Of a stretch of 64,000 nt of DNA, positions 49,070 through 62,703 are shown piece after piece; positions within the stretch are counted from its first letter, which is position 1, and each line of letters opens with the position of its first letter. Below the pieces are notes generated by a model. That model saw only the letters and a program-made list of their open reading frames with translations. It searched no databases and was not told the origin of the DNA. Position numbers and translations under genes: made by a program. Source of the stretch: Paraphysomonas bandaiensis (taxonomy: Eukaryota; Protista; Chrysophyceae); assembly GCA_965644295.1 (NCBI GenBank), contig CBFFRP010000242.1, positions 1 through 64,000 on the forward strand, written 5' to 3'.

Positions 49070-49892
49070 TATGAGAGCAATTGAAAGCTGTAGTTATAAG
49101 GTATTTGGCTATGAGTGGGCAGAAGAATATCTGCTGACTATGTTTGCGGCTCACGTGTTTATCGTACTGTGAGAATGAATGACGATAAGTATATAGTGGT
49201 AAAACGGAATATAGTGACGATGCAAGTTGTAGTGACGAAGTAAGATCGTCGTTCGAGAAATGAGTGGTAGTACAGACAACATGAAATTGATGAATGATAA
49301 GAGATGTTGAATTATAATTTATATTTCTCATCATTGAGTATAAGTTACCTTCTGTTGTTAAGTTAATACTTCTCATATATTGTCAAACTTTGACAGAATT
49401 ATCTCGTTGTATTCACGTGTTAAGAGATATGCGTGAATCAATTAATCTTAATACACACAGACAAAAATTAAAACAAAAGAGCAGTTGCGTATACAATATA
49501 CAATGCCTTGCTTCTTGCTTCAGATAGAATTTCATGTCATCATATATGTCCAGTTATAGTATGTTATATGGAGAGGTCATTGCTCAAATAAATATTCAAG
49601 TAGTAAAATATTTCGTTTGAGATACATATTATATATAATATACCAAACATATACTATCTAAAACGGATTATTTATCATACACTGCGATGTACGCGAATTC
49701 AATGCGGTATTTACGTCTAAATTCAATTGGTACGAGCTCTCACACTTAAGCAGAACATATGATCCAGATATTAGGCAATATACATATAGACGTATACAGT
49801 ATTCAAAAGTAATTCTCATTTAGAATTATTTCCTAGGAAAAATCAGAAACACTTCGACACATATTACACGCGCAAGCTAAAATACATAGAGA

Positions 49893-51813
49893 CTAGTAGT
49901 TATCTATCGCATTGGTGGAAGAAAAAGTGCTGTCTTCATCGCCACCGAAGTCAGATATCGTTACGTCTATTTTGCTGATTGTCCTACCTAGCTCCAATTC
50001 TCTTCTCTCATCACTAACGCTTTCATTCCCAAGTTGGGCTATAGCACTCCTCGAACTCGCCGTCTTCTCAGGCTCCCTTATCCATGGGTCGAAAAGTGTT
50101 ATTAATATCGGGCTTGTCCTATATACAGCAGATTAACGAAATAATTCTACTAACATTTTCGTAAAACGATTACATTGTCATCAGTCCAATAATGAGCCAC
50201 ATCATTTTTGGTCTCTGTTTCCCATTCTCCGGTAGATAGGTGGACAAAAGGTATCCACTCATTAGTCCCACAGGTATTTTAGCAGCGAACAAAGGTGCTG
50301 AGGCGAGGGCAGAAAATGATGCCTCGCGACCCTATTCATAATAAAGGAACAATATCAAAAGTAGCAACCAATTCGAATTCACACGCACCTCTGGGGCAAC
50401 TGTCATCACGTAGTCATATAAACGGGGGCTCCAGATGGCCTCGCCAAGACTGAGGGTCACGTTCATACACACCACAGCCCAAATTGATGTCGATCCTGCA
50501 AGAAAAAAAGGCGAACCAGCGGTTAAATACCCTCCCCATTTGATCATGTTGAAGTGATTGTACGTGTTTGTCAGCGCTGCTACAAGTGGAGTCAGAAATA
50601 TGATCATGAAGGGGTTGATCGAATATAGCGTTCCTTTGGGAACATTGTCGCCAAAACACCGCACCAAATAAGTAGGCTGTGTAGCGTCCAAGTGCCGGAA
50701 TATAGCATGCAAATTCACCAGCAGCAAGGTGAGTGCAGCAAACCTCCAAAAAGTTGGAGAGGTAAGCAGTTCACGAGCAGTCACCCATGGATTCTGTTGA
50801 ACAGGCTTGTATTCCGAAACTGAGGAACTTGGAGCAGCAGGGGTAGGGTTATCTTCACTAAAATCTACTACTTCATTAGCAGCAAGTGAAGCGCCCGGAT
50901 TAACTGGGTTCTCCACCTCGTCCGGTGAGCCAATTCCCGGTTGTTCTGACTTGTCTCCTCTCCTATCCACTGACTCCTCTTCCTCCTCAAATTTAACCTC
51001 TCTCAAGTACATAGCAGCAATGACCAGCGAAATAAGGTTGCTCACGGTACAAGTAAGTATCACCAGTCTATATCCAGTCCACCGCACCCCACCGAACTGT
51101 ACCCCTTCCTTCAATCCTATGTTCAGGGCATCTACGATTGGGCCAGACACAAGTGCTGCCATGTTCATAACACTGTAATACAGACCAAAGGCAAACCCTC
51201 GAAACTTCGTGCTCGTGTATCTGTAGATAACAAATAAATTAACCACATTCTTATATATATTAACTAAATACCTTTTGATTGCTATAGTTAACATCGGAAT
51301 TCCAAGACTCGTCCCAATAGGGTATAAGGCAAAGAGCACAACGTAAACAAGGGTTTTGGACGAAGCAGTTGCCACCAAAGTCGATGCCACAGTAGATATT
51401 GTAAAGCCTGCTACTAAGGAGTTTCTCACACCCATATTATCGTTCACCCAAGATATCAGCAACCCCCAGAGGGTAATGGCAGCACCCCACATCCCATATA
51501 CCATCCCTGCTTCAATATCACTTACATGAAACTCATCATGTAAATAAATAACTAAAATTTGACTAAGTGCAAAATAACTATATGATTCTAAGAATTTTAA
51601 ATAGAATATAAAGTAAATATCTTTTGGAAATTGTTGTATGGCTCTCTTACAACTGTCTATATCCTCATGAAGCTTATCAATAGACTGACGTATAAACAAA
51701 CGTAATGATAATTTATGAAATGTATTCTTTTCATTATCATCATCAGTATGAACTACACGATGATATCTTTCAGCTTTTTTTGTATTTATAATTGATTTAA
51801 TTTGTGATGTCAT
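49893..51813 (-). CDS. Major facilitator superfamily transporter (POT/peptide-transporter-like)
   Basis: About 12 hydrophobic segments; LKFLESYSYF, FAFGLYYSVMN, YSINPFMIIFLTP, SLGEAIWSPR. Stop codon at 49893. Confidence 0.85.
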
Positions 51814-53054
51814 GATTTGTATATATATGTATATATAACTCTATGAAAAGATTGTGTTAGTAGTGAGAATACCACACTTTGATAGAGTTCAATGATTCAG
51901 TTCATGATAGTTGGAGCAGAATGCCCTGATTGGGCAACTTCTCACAACTAGAATTATCACAACTAGAACTGTGAACACTCACTTTGCTGTGCGATACACC
52001 GTATAGTGTATAGAACCATGTATCAGAGGACTATAGAAATACATATAGTGGTGACAAAATCATGGTATTTTCACTTTTCTCCTATAAAAATCGACAAATA
52101 TCCAAAATGAAAGAGGAAAAAGGTGACTTTACGGAACTAAGTAATACGGCATCTGTATTCTTAAAAGTACAGGATGATGATTGGCTAATTCCTCGTTTTT
52201 ATAGGGAGGAGTTTGGTTTGGTTTGAGTGTAAGTCTACAGGGATTCTATAGGGATATACTAGAAAACAGATATCACATGCAATATGACGAAATCTTATAA
52301 GATCTTCAATAGAATATTGTTTCAGATTTAATTATATGCTTCTAGTTTGCTTGTAAAATATGTACTAGACTCTGTGAATAATTCTACGTCAGTCTTTCTG
52401 CCACTTCGCTTTGGAGCTAACACGTAATAAGAGTGCGTTTTACTATAAGTGCTTGAAGGTACTCGACAAATGTTAATTCCAAGTAATACTATATCTCTAT
52501 ATGTGTGTTTTATTATCATTGTAACGGCTTTACCTGGCGAAATGTCCATAGTAGAGTCGCCGAAGTGTGAATGCGTATTGGATATATATATATTTGAGTC
52601 AATATGTTTGCTTACACTTATGTATGTCATGAATGTGTTCTTTGTTCTTTTCATTTCACACATGGCATATATTGTTATAACACCTATAATGGACACCCAG
52701 TTTCAGTATGATAGCTATATATATGAGTACTGTACGTTGTACAGTCCTGAAGGACAATACTGTGGTGTCCAATGTGTATGGTATGCAAGTGTTGTATAAG
52801 AACGCTTTCGAGTTCAAGTTGTAGTGTATGTACTCTGTTGTAGTGCAAGTTATTACTACTATAGAAAGCCTATTGTAATTACAGATAATGTCATACCAAA
52901 TATTTCATTCTGAAAGTATGATTTGTAGTGCTCTACAAGCTTGACCGATACTTTGCTGTATAATAAAATCATATCATGTTTTATTTAGTGATATTTGTAT
53001 AAGATATGACTGGATTCCGCAATAATATAATCAGACAATTTTGGAGACAAGAAA

Positions 53055-54176
53055 TTACTGCTTAATAGACTTTCTCGACTTCGCTCGACTGCTGCCTACA
53101 GATTTTAGTGGGTTACGTCTGGAGTTCCCAGGCACATCTGTGGTCACTCCTACTTGTGACTTCTTTTTACTGCTCATCTTTGTGTGCCCTTTGTCTGACT
53201 CAGCTTTCGTAGACTTTTTACGGGCCGGTATTGATTGACTAGTATCATTTTCTTCCGGCTCTGAGGCAATCTGGTTACTTCGCTTTGTGGACTTTTCGAG
53301 AGCTTTACGTTCCTCCCTCTGTTTTTCCACTAGTTGTTCCCGGGTTAGATTTTGTACGCTTCCAGCACTGCTTCTGCGTCTCTCTCGGTTGGTCGTAGAG
53401 TTATCGGATTGCTCTTTCTTTGCCTTCCTCGCTTCGTACCGCTCTCTCTTTCGTGTGATACTTTCGTACAGATCGCCAATGTATTGAGCTCTTAATTGCT
53501 CCGGGTGTTTTACTCGAGTGTCTTCCATCTTATCCCAGAAAAACGTGCCAAATAAAATTTCGCGAAGATTTTGCTGAAGTGTCAGAAGTGGGGCGTATGC
53601 TGTAGGGCGTTTAGCACAAAATGCTTTAAAGGATTTCAGGCTCAAATTCGAAGAGAAACTCTGTAATGCATCCACATGTTTCCTTACTATTTCAGACTTT
53701 TCATACCGATCTTGATGAATAGTCTCCATGAGATCTCTGACTTCGGATGAGTCCAAGTTATCCGTTTTGTCTGAATCAAACATGAAGAATGCGTACGCCG
53801 GTAAATTCAGTTTGTCCATAGAAAGATAATTCCTGCAGGCAGAAGTCAGCATCTAACAAGCATATATCATGTAATCCAACCATAGAGAGCATACAAACTC
53901 CAAAAAATTTAGACTGCCACTCCCATCCGTATCAAATAGAAGGAACATGCGTGTATTCAGAGGAGTATGACCGATTCGTAAATAACCAAAGAATTCATCG
54001 GTTCCTATCTCTCCCGAGCCATCAACATCAATCATTCGAAACACCCTTCTGAAATGCTCCACATCGTTCTCACTTAGAAATATCCCTGTGTATATTCTCT
54101 TGGAGAATACATCTGTACCGAGTTCTCCATGCTCGACAGGTTCATAGAGACTGATTGTAGAACAGCAACTACCCAT
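53055..54176 (-). CDS. Myristoylated EF-hand Ca2+-binding protein (calcineurin B/NCS-like) with a basic tail, 2 exons
   Basis: MGSCCS start. EF loops DVDGSGEIGTDE, DTDGSGSLNFLE, DSDKTDNLDSSE. Confidence 0.85.
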
Positions 54177-54704
54177 TGGTCAATACATCCCTCAGTGAAC
54201 CAATGTGCAGTTAATCAATGATAAGAGTGCATTATTAGGCTTTGATATCTATATTGCCTACCATGTCACATATACCATTGCATGAGATGCTCTCTATGGT
54301 ATCTGCAAGCAAGGAAATCGTACCTGAGTGATTGACCAATGGGTATAAATCATTATCATATGAGAGATTATGATTGGATACATGTATGTATATATGTGTA
54401 TATGTGTTTGTACTGCTGCACCACTGTATATATATACATGCATATGCATATAGGGTATATGTGTACAGAAGTACAGTACTACTACTATGTATACGACGAC
54501 GACGTATGTATGTACAGAGACACGAGGCATAGAGTACCACTAAAAATATTCATCTCCACATATACATACACAGCAGCATCATTCAGTCGTCCAATTAACT
54601 AACAAACACACTACTAAGTCCATAATATCCCTCATATTACCACTATATAATTCACTTTACAATACATCATCACATTATCATTATTTTCTATACAATAAAT
54701 CATA

Positions 54705-55126
54705 ATGCTACTACATCTTTTCAAGCGTTCTCATACTATACACAGTATATGTAAAGCAAATTATTATCACCGAACATTATTTGAAGTTGGACAAAAAATT
54801 CCAATCAATTACATGAATGGTAATCATTTTATCATTATTTAAAATAGAACTGTAATGAATATGAATGTAGATCAAGTGGATCCTGTCATTAAAGAGGACT
54901 CGGAGTATCCTGAATGGTTACCGAGTCTTGCGCGTCCGGTATGTTGATATATATATAGATAATTTTGTCATTATTGTATATTTAGCTTAAATCTAAGAAA
55001 GAACTACTTGAGGAGGCTGAAAAGGTAGGCATGAATGCAATGGATTCTCGCGACTTGAAACTCCTGAAGCGCCGATTGACCAAGGAAACCATCCTCGAAA
55101 ATAATATTTCTGGCGGAAAGGTGTAG
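54705..55126 (+). CDS. MRPL54: Mitochondrial ribosomal protein mL54 (3 exons; absent from the ORF track)
   Basis: Spliced product: MLLHLFKRSH...IPINYMN/DQVDPVIKEDSEYPEWLPSLARP/LKSKKELL...LLKRRLTKETILENN. DP..K.DSEYPEWL is the mL54 signature. Confidence 0.8.
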
Positions 55127-56165
55127 TGGGTCAGACAGTATTAGTTTTAGTGCATCCATGGCATTGAAATTTATGTAATTGCCGTGTGATGGTATGTAAA
55201 ATAATTTATACTCCAACAGCCTTATTGTTTTCCTTGTATTTCCTATGATGAGAAGCTACATTGATACTGATTCGCATATCGAAACGAAGTTTGCTTCATT
55301 GTAGTCTGTAGTCTTTGCTTTCCTGCTTTCAATAGTACTATCCTATATCACGAAGTAGTAGATAAATATGATGCTCCGCTGCCGTGGTGTCTGAGTAGCT
55401 GAGAAGTGCTAGTGAAACCTTCCTTGAGTGAGGAATGGCTACATCAGAATGGCAGAATAAGCCTTTTAGTATGATTACTAGGTACATAACGACAGCAATA
55501 TGAATATTCCCAAAAATTATGCGTGTACTCTTTATTATATATTATACAGTTCTTGAATGTGTTATTTGTTACTATATTAGCTTCTAATAAAAACATCTAA
55601 ACAGAGCGAACATATCATGGGAAGATGGCAAAGACAATGCAGCAGTTATTCCTATATATAATTGTTTAATAGGCTTTATCATGTCCTTAAATTGGAGTAT
55701 GCAAGTTATCACGGTTTTGACCACCTGCAGAAAGTATAATGCAGCCAAATAGTGAAACAGTGAGTATAAAAGACAATAAGTTGCAACCAATCTGTGATTC
55801 TGAAGGATCATGCAGTTGAGAGTGCTGGCCCTTCGAATGAAAAAATGGGGTCAAGATTGAAATGTATTAATATATACAGTTATATAGTTTTGACGCAGCA
55901 TCATATCTCCACGTTGCATGGAACAATGAACATATAACTTTGCTTGACTAGTAATCATACTACGCCTTACATCACGATAAATTGTACTGAACCGTCCATC
56001 TCTACTCGTTCTGGATAACTTAAACAAAGAATATATATATCAAATCATATAGGTACTAACATTGTACAGCTAACTGTTGCGATGACGAAACATAGCCAAC
56101 AACGTGTAAAATCATACAGTTCTTGTTCACCCAACCAATCGCACTGAGATGAAGTCACTAGTGTG

Positions 56166-58400
56166 TTACGCACTATCGCAGGTGTGCGTGTTTGCTCTGA
56201 GTGTCGTGTGGTGTAGAACTGTATCATAGAAAGTTTTAAACTGTTCGAAATTAATACGCCCGGTTTTTCCAGTGTCCATGGCTTCAAATAGCGCCTCAAT
56301 ATCAGGAATGCTGGTATCACGCTCTGAATTGTCTGTAACACCATATGACGCGGCATCTACGGTGCATGTCTGGAGTAAACACGCTACAACTAATTTCAGC
56401 TCCTCAAGGTCAATATACCCCGTCTCATTAATATCTACATAACATAGTGTTACATACACACATGAGATAAAAATTCCCTTACCAAATATCTGGAAGTACA
56501 ATCGTGCATTGGAGTCCTCTAGAGGATCGCTATTGATGGGCTTGAAAGCCAGCATTGTGAGTAAGAATTCCTTTATGTTTACAGTACCAGAGCTCCCAAT
56601 GTCGAAAATGCTGAACACAGCAGGGTTTGCTAGCTCAGGTAAACCGCACTGCAGCAGGATCTCCACGAAACCCGCGTAATTAATCTCACCCTCCGCAGTG
56701 TCCGTTTCATTAGTCATGCCACCGCGCTCACTCTTACTCCTCTCTCTCAGTCCAGGGTGCTTGAGCTCATGCCCATGAATGGTATGTCTCCCTTCCACCT
56801 CTTGCGACCATATACGCGAGAACTTAAGCGGCAAAGTGCCGTGCCGTCTCGCATTGATCACATTGTTTTCATCCTCTGAAATAGCGGAGCTATTGACATC
56901 ACCATGATGAGATTCTGCCGAATTGTTGCTAGTGCAAGCCATCAAATCGGGGGGGAAATTCATGTCCCCCCTACGAGATCCTCTCAGGGGACTACTCGGG
57001 CCACTGGTAATTCGATTCATATCTCCTCTTCTTGTTTCCTTAGAAGGACTTCCAGGTGAATGGCAACCGACAGGAGATGAACAACGAAACGACGATTTCG
57101 ACTGACTGGACATGACAGAACGGCCAGACAACTGTGATCGAGATACTGATTTCACTATCATGCGCTTGAGGTTTTGAAGCTTTGAATTAAATGACTCATC
57201 AACATCTTCATCTCCTTCAAAACCACTTTCTGCACGTTCACGCAAAAAAGGTAACACTTTATGGAGATTCTCCCGTCGATCTTTGTTGTCAGATGTGATC
57301 TTATGATCTAGAAAAAAAGTTCGCAGCTTTTGTCGCAGAGCCAACTGCTTGATTCTTGCTACATATTCCTCACCAAGATCATTATCAGGCGCCTGATCTA
57401 CCAACCACGGGTGCTCTAATATTTCAGGTACTGTTGCTCGTTCTGACGGATCCTTTGTGAGCAGGTGGCGCACAAGGTCTTTGGCGGAATCAGATATGTT
57501 ATCCCAACCGATGCCTGTCATATCGAAATACGAGCCGTGGGTAATCTGGTGCATGGCATTGGGATCATACGGTGCCAAACCGCTAAGCATGCTATATAAT
57601 GTACAACCAGCCTGCCAGATATCAGTTTTTTCACTGTATACGGATGATATGATGGACTCAGGAGCGAAACATCCGTTAGTTCCCTTTAGGGTGTAACACA
57701 GATGTTCATCCGAGCCTTCTGGCAGGTGGATCATTAGGCCAAAGTCAATTAGCCTTACTGGCGAATCTTCTTCATCCCCTACAAGCATTATATTTTCAAG
57801 TTTAATATCCCGATGAATGCAACGACGCCGGTGAAGGCACTCGAGAGCCCGAACTACTCGTTTGAACATTTTTGCAAGGTCCCTTTCGGATACAGCTTTC
57901 CTCTTATATATTCTGTCAGACAACTCTCCACCCTCAACCAATTCCATTACAATCACTGGATGTGGGGCTTTAAAGTTTTTCCCGGAAATAAGTCCTTCAG
58001 CAGTGTCCATAAATATCCCGTTGAGTTGCACGATACCCTCAGTACCCGTTAATAAACTCATCACCTCAATTTCATTAACAATATCCTGCTCATTAGGAGG
58101 CAACATTGTATACCCAAAAAATTTCAATGCTACTCGAGCTCCAGTGGATTTACACATCCCTGAATACACTTTCCCCATCCCACCCTCTTGTAAATAGCTG
58201 TTGATCACATAGTTATCAGCATGCAAAAACTCCACTGTACCATTCAGTTGATCGTACATTGAAGACATCTCAACTGATTGTTCTTCCACAGAAGATGGTT
58301 CGGTATTTCCCAGTACATCATTACCATCCTCTCCTGGTTTCTTGAAATCATATATAATCTCACTTAAAGGGTCTTTCTGCTTCGAACCACTGCAGCCCAT
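56166..58400 (-). CDS. Calcium-dependent protein kinase-like (CAMK kinase + EF hands)
   Basis: MGCSGS start; ALK, HRDIKLEN, DFG, APE. EF loops DIGSSGTVNIKE, DINETGYIDLEE (after removing the 48-nt intron 56435-56482) and DTGKTGRINFEQ. Confidence 0.9.
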   Translation of the reverse strand: MGCSGSKQKDPLSEIIYDFKKPGEDGNDVLGNTEPSSVEEQSVEMSSMYDQLNGTVEFLHADNYVINSYLQEGGMGKVYSGMCKSTGARVALKFFGYTMLPPNEQDIVNEIEVMSLLTGTEGIVQLNGIFMDTAEGLISGKNFKAPHPVIVMELVEGGELSDRIYKRKAVSERDLAKMFKRVVRALECLHRRRCIHRDIKLENIMLVGDEEDSPVRLIDFGLMIHLPEGSDEHLCYTLKGTNGCFAPESIISSVYSEKTDIWQAGCTLYSMLSGLAPYDPNAMHQITHGSYFDMTGIGWDNISDSAKDLVRHLLTKDPSERATVPEILEHPWLVDQAPDNDLGEEYVARIKQLALRQKLRTFFLDHKITSDNKDRRENLHKVLPFLRERAESGFEGDEDVDESFNSKLQNLKRMIVKSVSRSQLSGRSVMSSQSKSSFRCSSPVGCHSPGSPSKETRRGDMNRITSGPSSPLRGSRRGDMNFPPDLMACTSNNSAESHHGDVNSSAISEDENNVINARRHGTLPLKFSRIWSQEVEGRHTIHGHELKHPGLRERSKSERGGMTNETDTAEGEINYAGFVEILLQCGLPELANPAVFSIFDIGSSGTVNIKEFLLTMLAFKPINSDPLEDSNARLYFQIFGKGIFISCVYVTLCYVDINETGYIDLEELKLVVACLLQTCTVDAASYGVTDNSERDTSIPDIEALFEAMDTGKTGRINFEQFKTFYDTVLHHTTLRANTHTCDSA

Positions 58401-59307
58401 TGTGTAACGCTATCTATGATACATCATGAGGTAAAACTCATCTATTTTCTTTGTCATTATATACATTGTAGCTAATAATAATGAAACTGTTGACTATTTA
58501 GCGAGTTCTATTCGTTATATATATGCATATATATATATATATACAACTGAGGTGGGGATGGTGTATGATATAAATAATACTGTTGTATCGTACACCAGTT
58601 GTATGGAGTACGTGTCTATGGTGTGTCAAAAGAAATGGAGGGAATTTCGTGGAGAATCTCGAATCTCTACACCGATTTTTGGAAGTCTATAATATGAAAA
58701 TGCATGTCGTGAAATATTTCAGTAATTTTTCATGTCCATTTGATGAATTTTCGGTATCATTAGCAGCACTTTGGGATTTTTATTTGTACATCTAGAACTC
58801 CATCCTTATCATCAGCAGTGCACATCCTACAATGTATTTGATTCCATACTACAGTTCTATCAGTTTCGAATTCTTCTTTTGCCATCAGGAGCAGCACTAA
58901 ATGATCACACCAATAACACCTCAAGAACTCATCCTCATCATCAGCAGATCATTAGTTCCCATTTTTTCTCATATTCCCTTGTTTTTTTTTCTCCGTTGCG
59001 AACGAATACTAGCCTCAAACACCCCCCCCATAGAGACAAACACATCAAGACCGTATCAGGTCCTGCTTATATAGTGTATAGTGTATAGTGCTACTGTGTT
59101 GTGAGGATTGAATTGGGAGGATCCGATTGCGAGAACACTTGATTAGTATATATAACAACTCTGTATTGTGTCCATACTAACAGTGTTGTATAGATAGTAT
59201 ATAACGTGAGTTAAACACAGTGTCACGGGACATATTCATCGTAATATAAAGCATTAAGTGACCCTATTATGATATAGTTTCCAAGCCGGCCATTTCTGTA
59301 TATAAAT

Positions 59308-60268
59308 ATGACCGACTCTGCAACTTCCCCCCGAATTAACGATATAACTAAGCATAGCTTCCTAGGTACCCTTTAATTCTTTCAACATACACTTCTATGT
59401 GACTCATCTTAATTGAATCAGACACTCTTGCTGAAATAGCGTGTCGAACAGGACCCCTTCTCCCTACCAACTCCGAAAATGGCACTGAATCTTTGATTAA
59501 ACCTCACGAATTTCAAACTCGGGTAATTTTATGCTTTAAATATTTCTTAATGTGGCCCTCATTCTATTGTTTAGCGCCCACGAGCCAACTCTGAGCCATG
59601 GATACGAAATAGTCTATCGGGCATAAACGCTTTGACAGTGGGCTCTTTGCCACTCGTCAAAAAGGAAAGTCCAACATCTATCACGTTGCCACAAATGCTA
59701 GAGAAGTATGCGTCCATATATAACAAGAATGGGCGTATCGGTATATACACGAGAGAGGTACTGTTACATAGCCTGATATATTTATAAACGTTTATGTAAT
59801 CGCGGCATGCAATAGGAGAGAAATACTATCATTAGTCGATTTCACCAGAAGAGAAAACGCCGTGTGTGGAAAAAGAAGATTCGCTATCACTGTCGCAAGA
59901 ATCTGGCGGATAGTCGTGTTCGAGTGAAAGGAAGGTTTGTGAAGAGTACTAAGCCAGAGGAGAAAGAGACGCAGGAGGCAGCTGCGAGACATAATATGAA
60001 TGTTCTGCTGATGGCTACCCTCAAATCGGAGGATTTGGGAAGCGGTGAAAATGGGGATCAAGATGCGACGGAGGAGACAACATCAGGAGGCACTGCTGAT
60101 GGTGATGCGGATGCAGACGTTTCCACCGATCAGACGAAACATACTGAGGACGAAGATGGAGATGGGGAAGATGGGGAAGAAGACGCCGACGAGTATGACG
60201 AATCGGTAATGTTTTCCTTTCAAGCGCAGTCACGTAAGCGAATGCGACGGCATAGTATTGCCTACTAA
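59308..60268 (+). CDS. CCT-domain protein (4 exons)
   Basis: YNKNGRIGIYTRE/ERNTIISRFHQKRKRRVWKKKIRYHCRKNLADSRVRVKGRFVK is a CCT motif. It is followed by an acidic tail. Confidence 0.88.
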
Positions 60269-61364
60269 CCTTGCACATATGACGCTTGGTATCTATTTTC
60301 TACGCATTGTGGCGTGAACATATCCAGGCTTTGAGTCAGTGTCCTGCTGCTCTTAATTCAGTTACTCAGTCGTTGTGTTCCTGTGTTGAAATTGATTTGA
60401 TGATATCATCCACTTTAGGTCTATAGTTTTTGTCCTGTGCAGTATACTCAACATTCTTTTGAACATTTCAAGTAGATTAGTAGCAGAGCTGATCCATAAT
60501 AGTAAGTCGTTGTTTCTATGTCGACTCTCTATCATACAAATCTCATATATCATTCTTTGGTCACTGCGTGTTGTAATGTATGCATTATTGACATAATATT
60601 ATAAATATCGTGAAAAATGAGAGATCTTCTGACTTCTGAGTCATTAAAGTGGTGGGATAGAAGGTAATAGTAGATTTTTTAGTTGAATGTCGTTGTTATA
60701 CGTATCTCCCATGGAGAATCTTTCCTAGTCCTGATACGATCGGTGCTCACACTTGTACATGCATGGACATTGTAGTTTTTGGTGGTTGAGTATCGAGTAT
60801 GACTCGTCATGTGGTTGTTGAATTAAAGGTTATCACAATCAAAAGTTGTATTATAAAGTGTTTGAGTAATTAAAAACATTATAATATTGGTAAATGAGAC
60901 GATATAAATTTATGTTGGAATAACTGAAATAATTACACTGTAAAAGATCGTGACTATCGAAGATCTGATAATATTTGGTGGTAGTGTGGTAATAGTGATG
61001 ATATAGATTTTGCAAAAGGCAACAAATGAAAAGAGATATTGATCACAAGTTTTGTTAATTGATTACTGTCATGTAAGCACAATCACCCTAAAAGTCGATT
61101 TCGAGTAAGCGATTAGCCCAATAACTAAAGTTGTTGTTTACAACATAGTATGCTGCACTACTTTCATAGTCACAGATCAATACCATAATACATAATACAA
61201 TTCATTCTTTTCTAGTGTTGGTAACGGTCATGAAAGATTTAAAATGTTGATTGTGTTTGTCATTATAGGTGTCATTTTCCTTCATGTTCTATTGGTGGTA
61301 GGAACAATTCGCAGTAACATCTGAAGGTTGAGTGGTTATTATCACATACTGTCTACTAGGTTTG

Positions 61365-61710
61365 CTCCATTCCGAGAGCATACTCTAGTGCACTGCCAGT
61401 GTTGACTAGGCTAAGCAACGTATAGATTGTTAATAAAATCTCACCGTATTCTTCGTGTGTCGGCACGAAGCAAACTCTAGCTAGATCTACACTATACTTG
61501 CATATCCTATATGGGATTACGAGAAACCCCGTGCACTCAAGGGGAGGAAGGGGGGCGGCCAATGTCACACTATACCTATACTGAGTCATGTATGGTCATG
61601 AGAAGCTCTGCGTAATCTTTGATAGGCAATCGGAAGGCGAACACGGCCTTCTTAGAATCTGCGCGAATTACATATTTAACTCATACATAGCAATGAGAAA
61701 ACTTCCTCGG
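61365..61710 (-). pseudogene. Degraded coding module, copy 1 (paralogue at 63085-63415)
   Basis: Broken frames YVIRADSKKAVFAF..DYAELL and GFLVIPYRICKYSVDLA align with copy 2. Confidence 0.5.
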
Positions 61711-61872
61711 AATGGGGAAAGGTTGTATAGTGAACTCTTAATATACTCCAAGTATTACACTTGAAATTTTTCTTTATTACTTTGCTTTTTTCAAGTACAC
61801 TGCGATACAGGCAGCAAACCATTGACCTGCCCTGAACAAAACGTTGACTAATCGCAACGCTAGTTGCACCAC

Positions 61873-62574
61873 TCAACAAATAATGCAAGATGATTCATTA
61901 CCAGTCACTTCACACAATGCATCTGGAGCTAGCTCTTCTCGTGCATACTGTTCAACTCCATTCACAATATGATCGCTTACTTTTCCCGCAACGTCGGTAG
62001 AGAATTGCTCAACAAAATGCAACCAAGAATCCGTACCAGGGCAATTTTGGCGGTTGTGTCCTTTGAATCTGCACACTCCACAGCGGTTCTTCAAGTTGGT
62101 AGCCCTTTTGATAGCTTGCAATTGTGACCCGCTAGTACGGCCAGCATATCTGGTGAAATACTCCATGGTGACTGCAATCGATATCAATCTTTCTTTCAAG
62201 TATTTTTTGATAGAATCTCCCATAATTGCATTAAGTGCCAATAAAATGACTTTGTTCCACAGCCAGTCGAGGAATTTTTGACCGGCATGGACAACAACTC
62301 CTCCGATCCCTATCAGATAAAGTAAGACATAATTACCGAAGTCATTTAATTTCCAACCTGAAGCTGAATATGCTGCGGCTAGACTTCCAGTCCTGATGAG
62401 ATTTTTTAATGTTTTGTAGATATTATTGACGTTACTTATAGCCTTCATCATACTGTTGTATGTATTCATAATTAGCTTGTAGTTAGTGGACACCTGACAT
62501 GTCGACACAGTATACGCCACCCTTGAAATTGTTTCATGTTTCTCTTCATCATGTTTATTGTCATATCTTGACAT
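61873..62574 (-). CDS. Orphan 233-aa protein with a hydrophobic segment and a CCHC zinc knuckle
   Basis: Intronless ORF. CGVCRFKGHNRQNC fits CX2CX4HX4C. YVLLYLIGIGGVVV is hydrophobic. Confidence 0.55.
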   Translation of the reverse strand: MSRYDNKHDEEKHETISRVAYTVSTCQVSTNYKLIMNTYNSMMKAISNVNNIYKTLKNLIRTGSLAAAYSASGWKLNDFGNYVLLYLIGIGGVVVHAGQKFLDWLWNKVILLALNAIMGDSIKKYLKERLISIAVTMEYFTRYAGRTSGSQLQAIKRATNLKNRCGVCRFKGHNRQNCPGTDSWLHFVEQFSTDVAGKVSDHIVNGVEQYAREELAPDALCEVTGNESSCIIC

Positions 62575-62703
62575 TTTTGTTTGATAAAATATGGGCTTTA
62601 ATGTGCAGTGGATGTGAGGATCAGTGTATGATATCTATCATATGTAGTATCTCTATCATGTCATCTGGAAAAAAGGACAATCTTGTCTCCATGATAGGAA
62701 TTC

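Noticed and set aside
23611-55126. Apparent clustering of translation genes (eEF3, RPLP1, mL54)
   Set aside because: They are separated by unrelated genes and serve different compartments, which is consistent with chance.
56435-56482. Stop-free 3n introns read through by the ORF track (also 51221-51271 and 36331-36387)
   Set aside because: A few are expected by chance among dozens of ~50-nt introns. Treated as an annotation caveat only.
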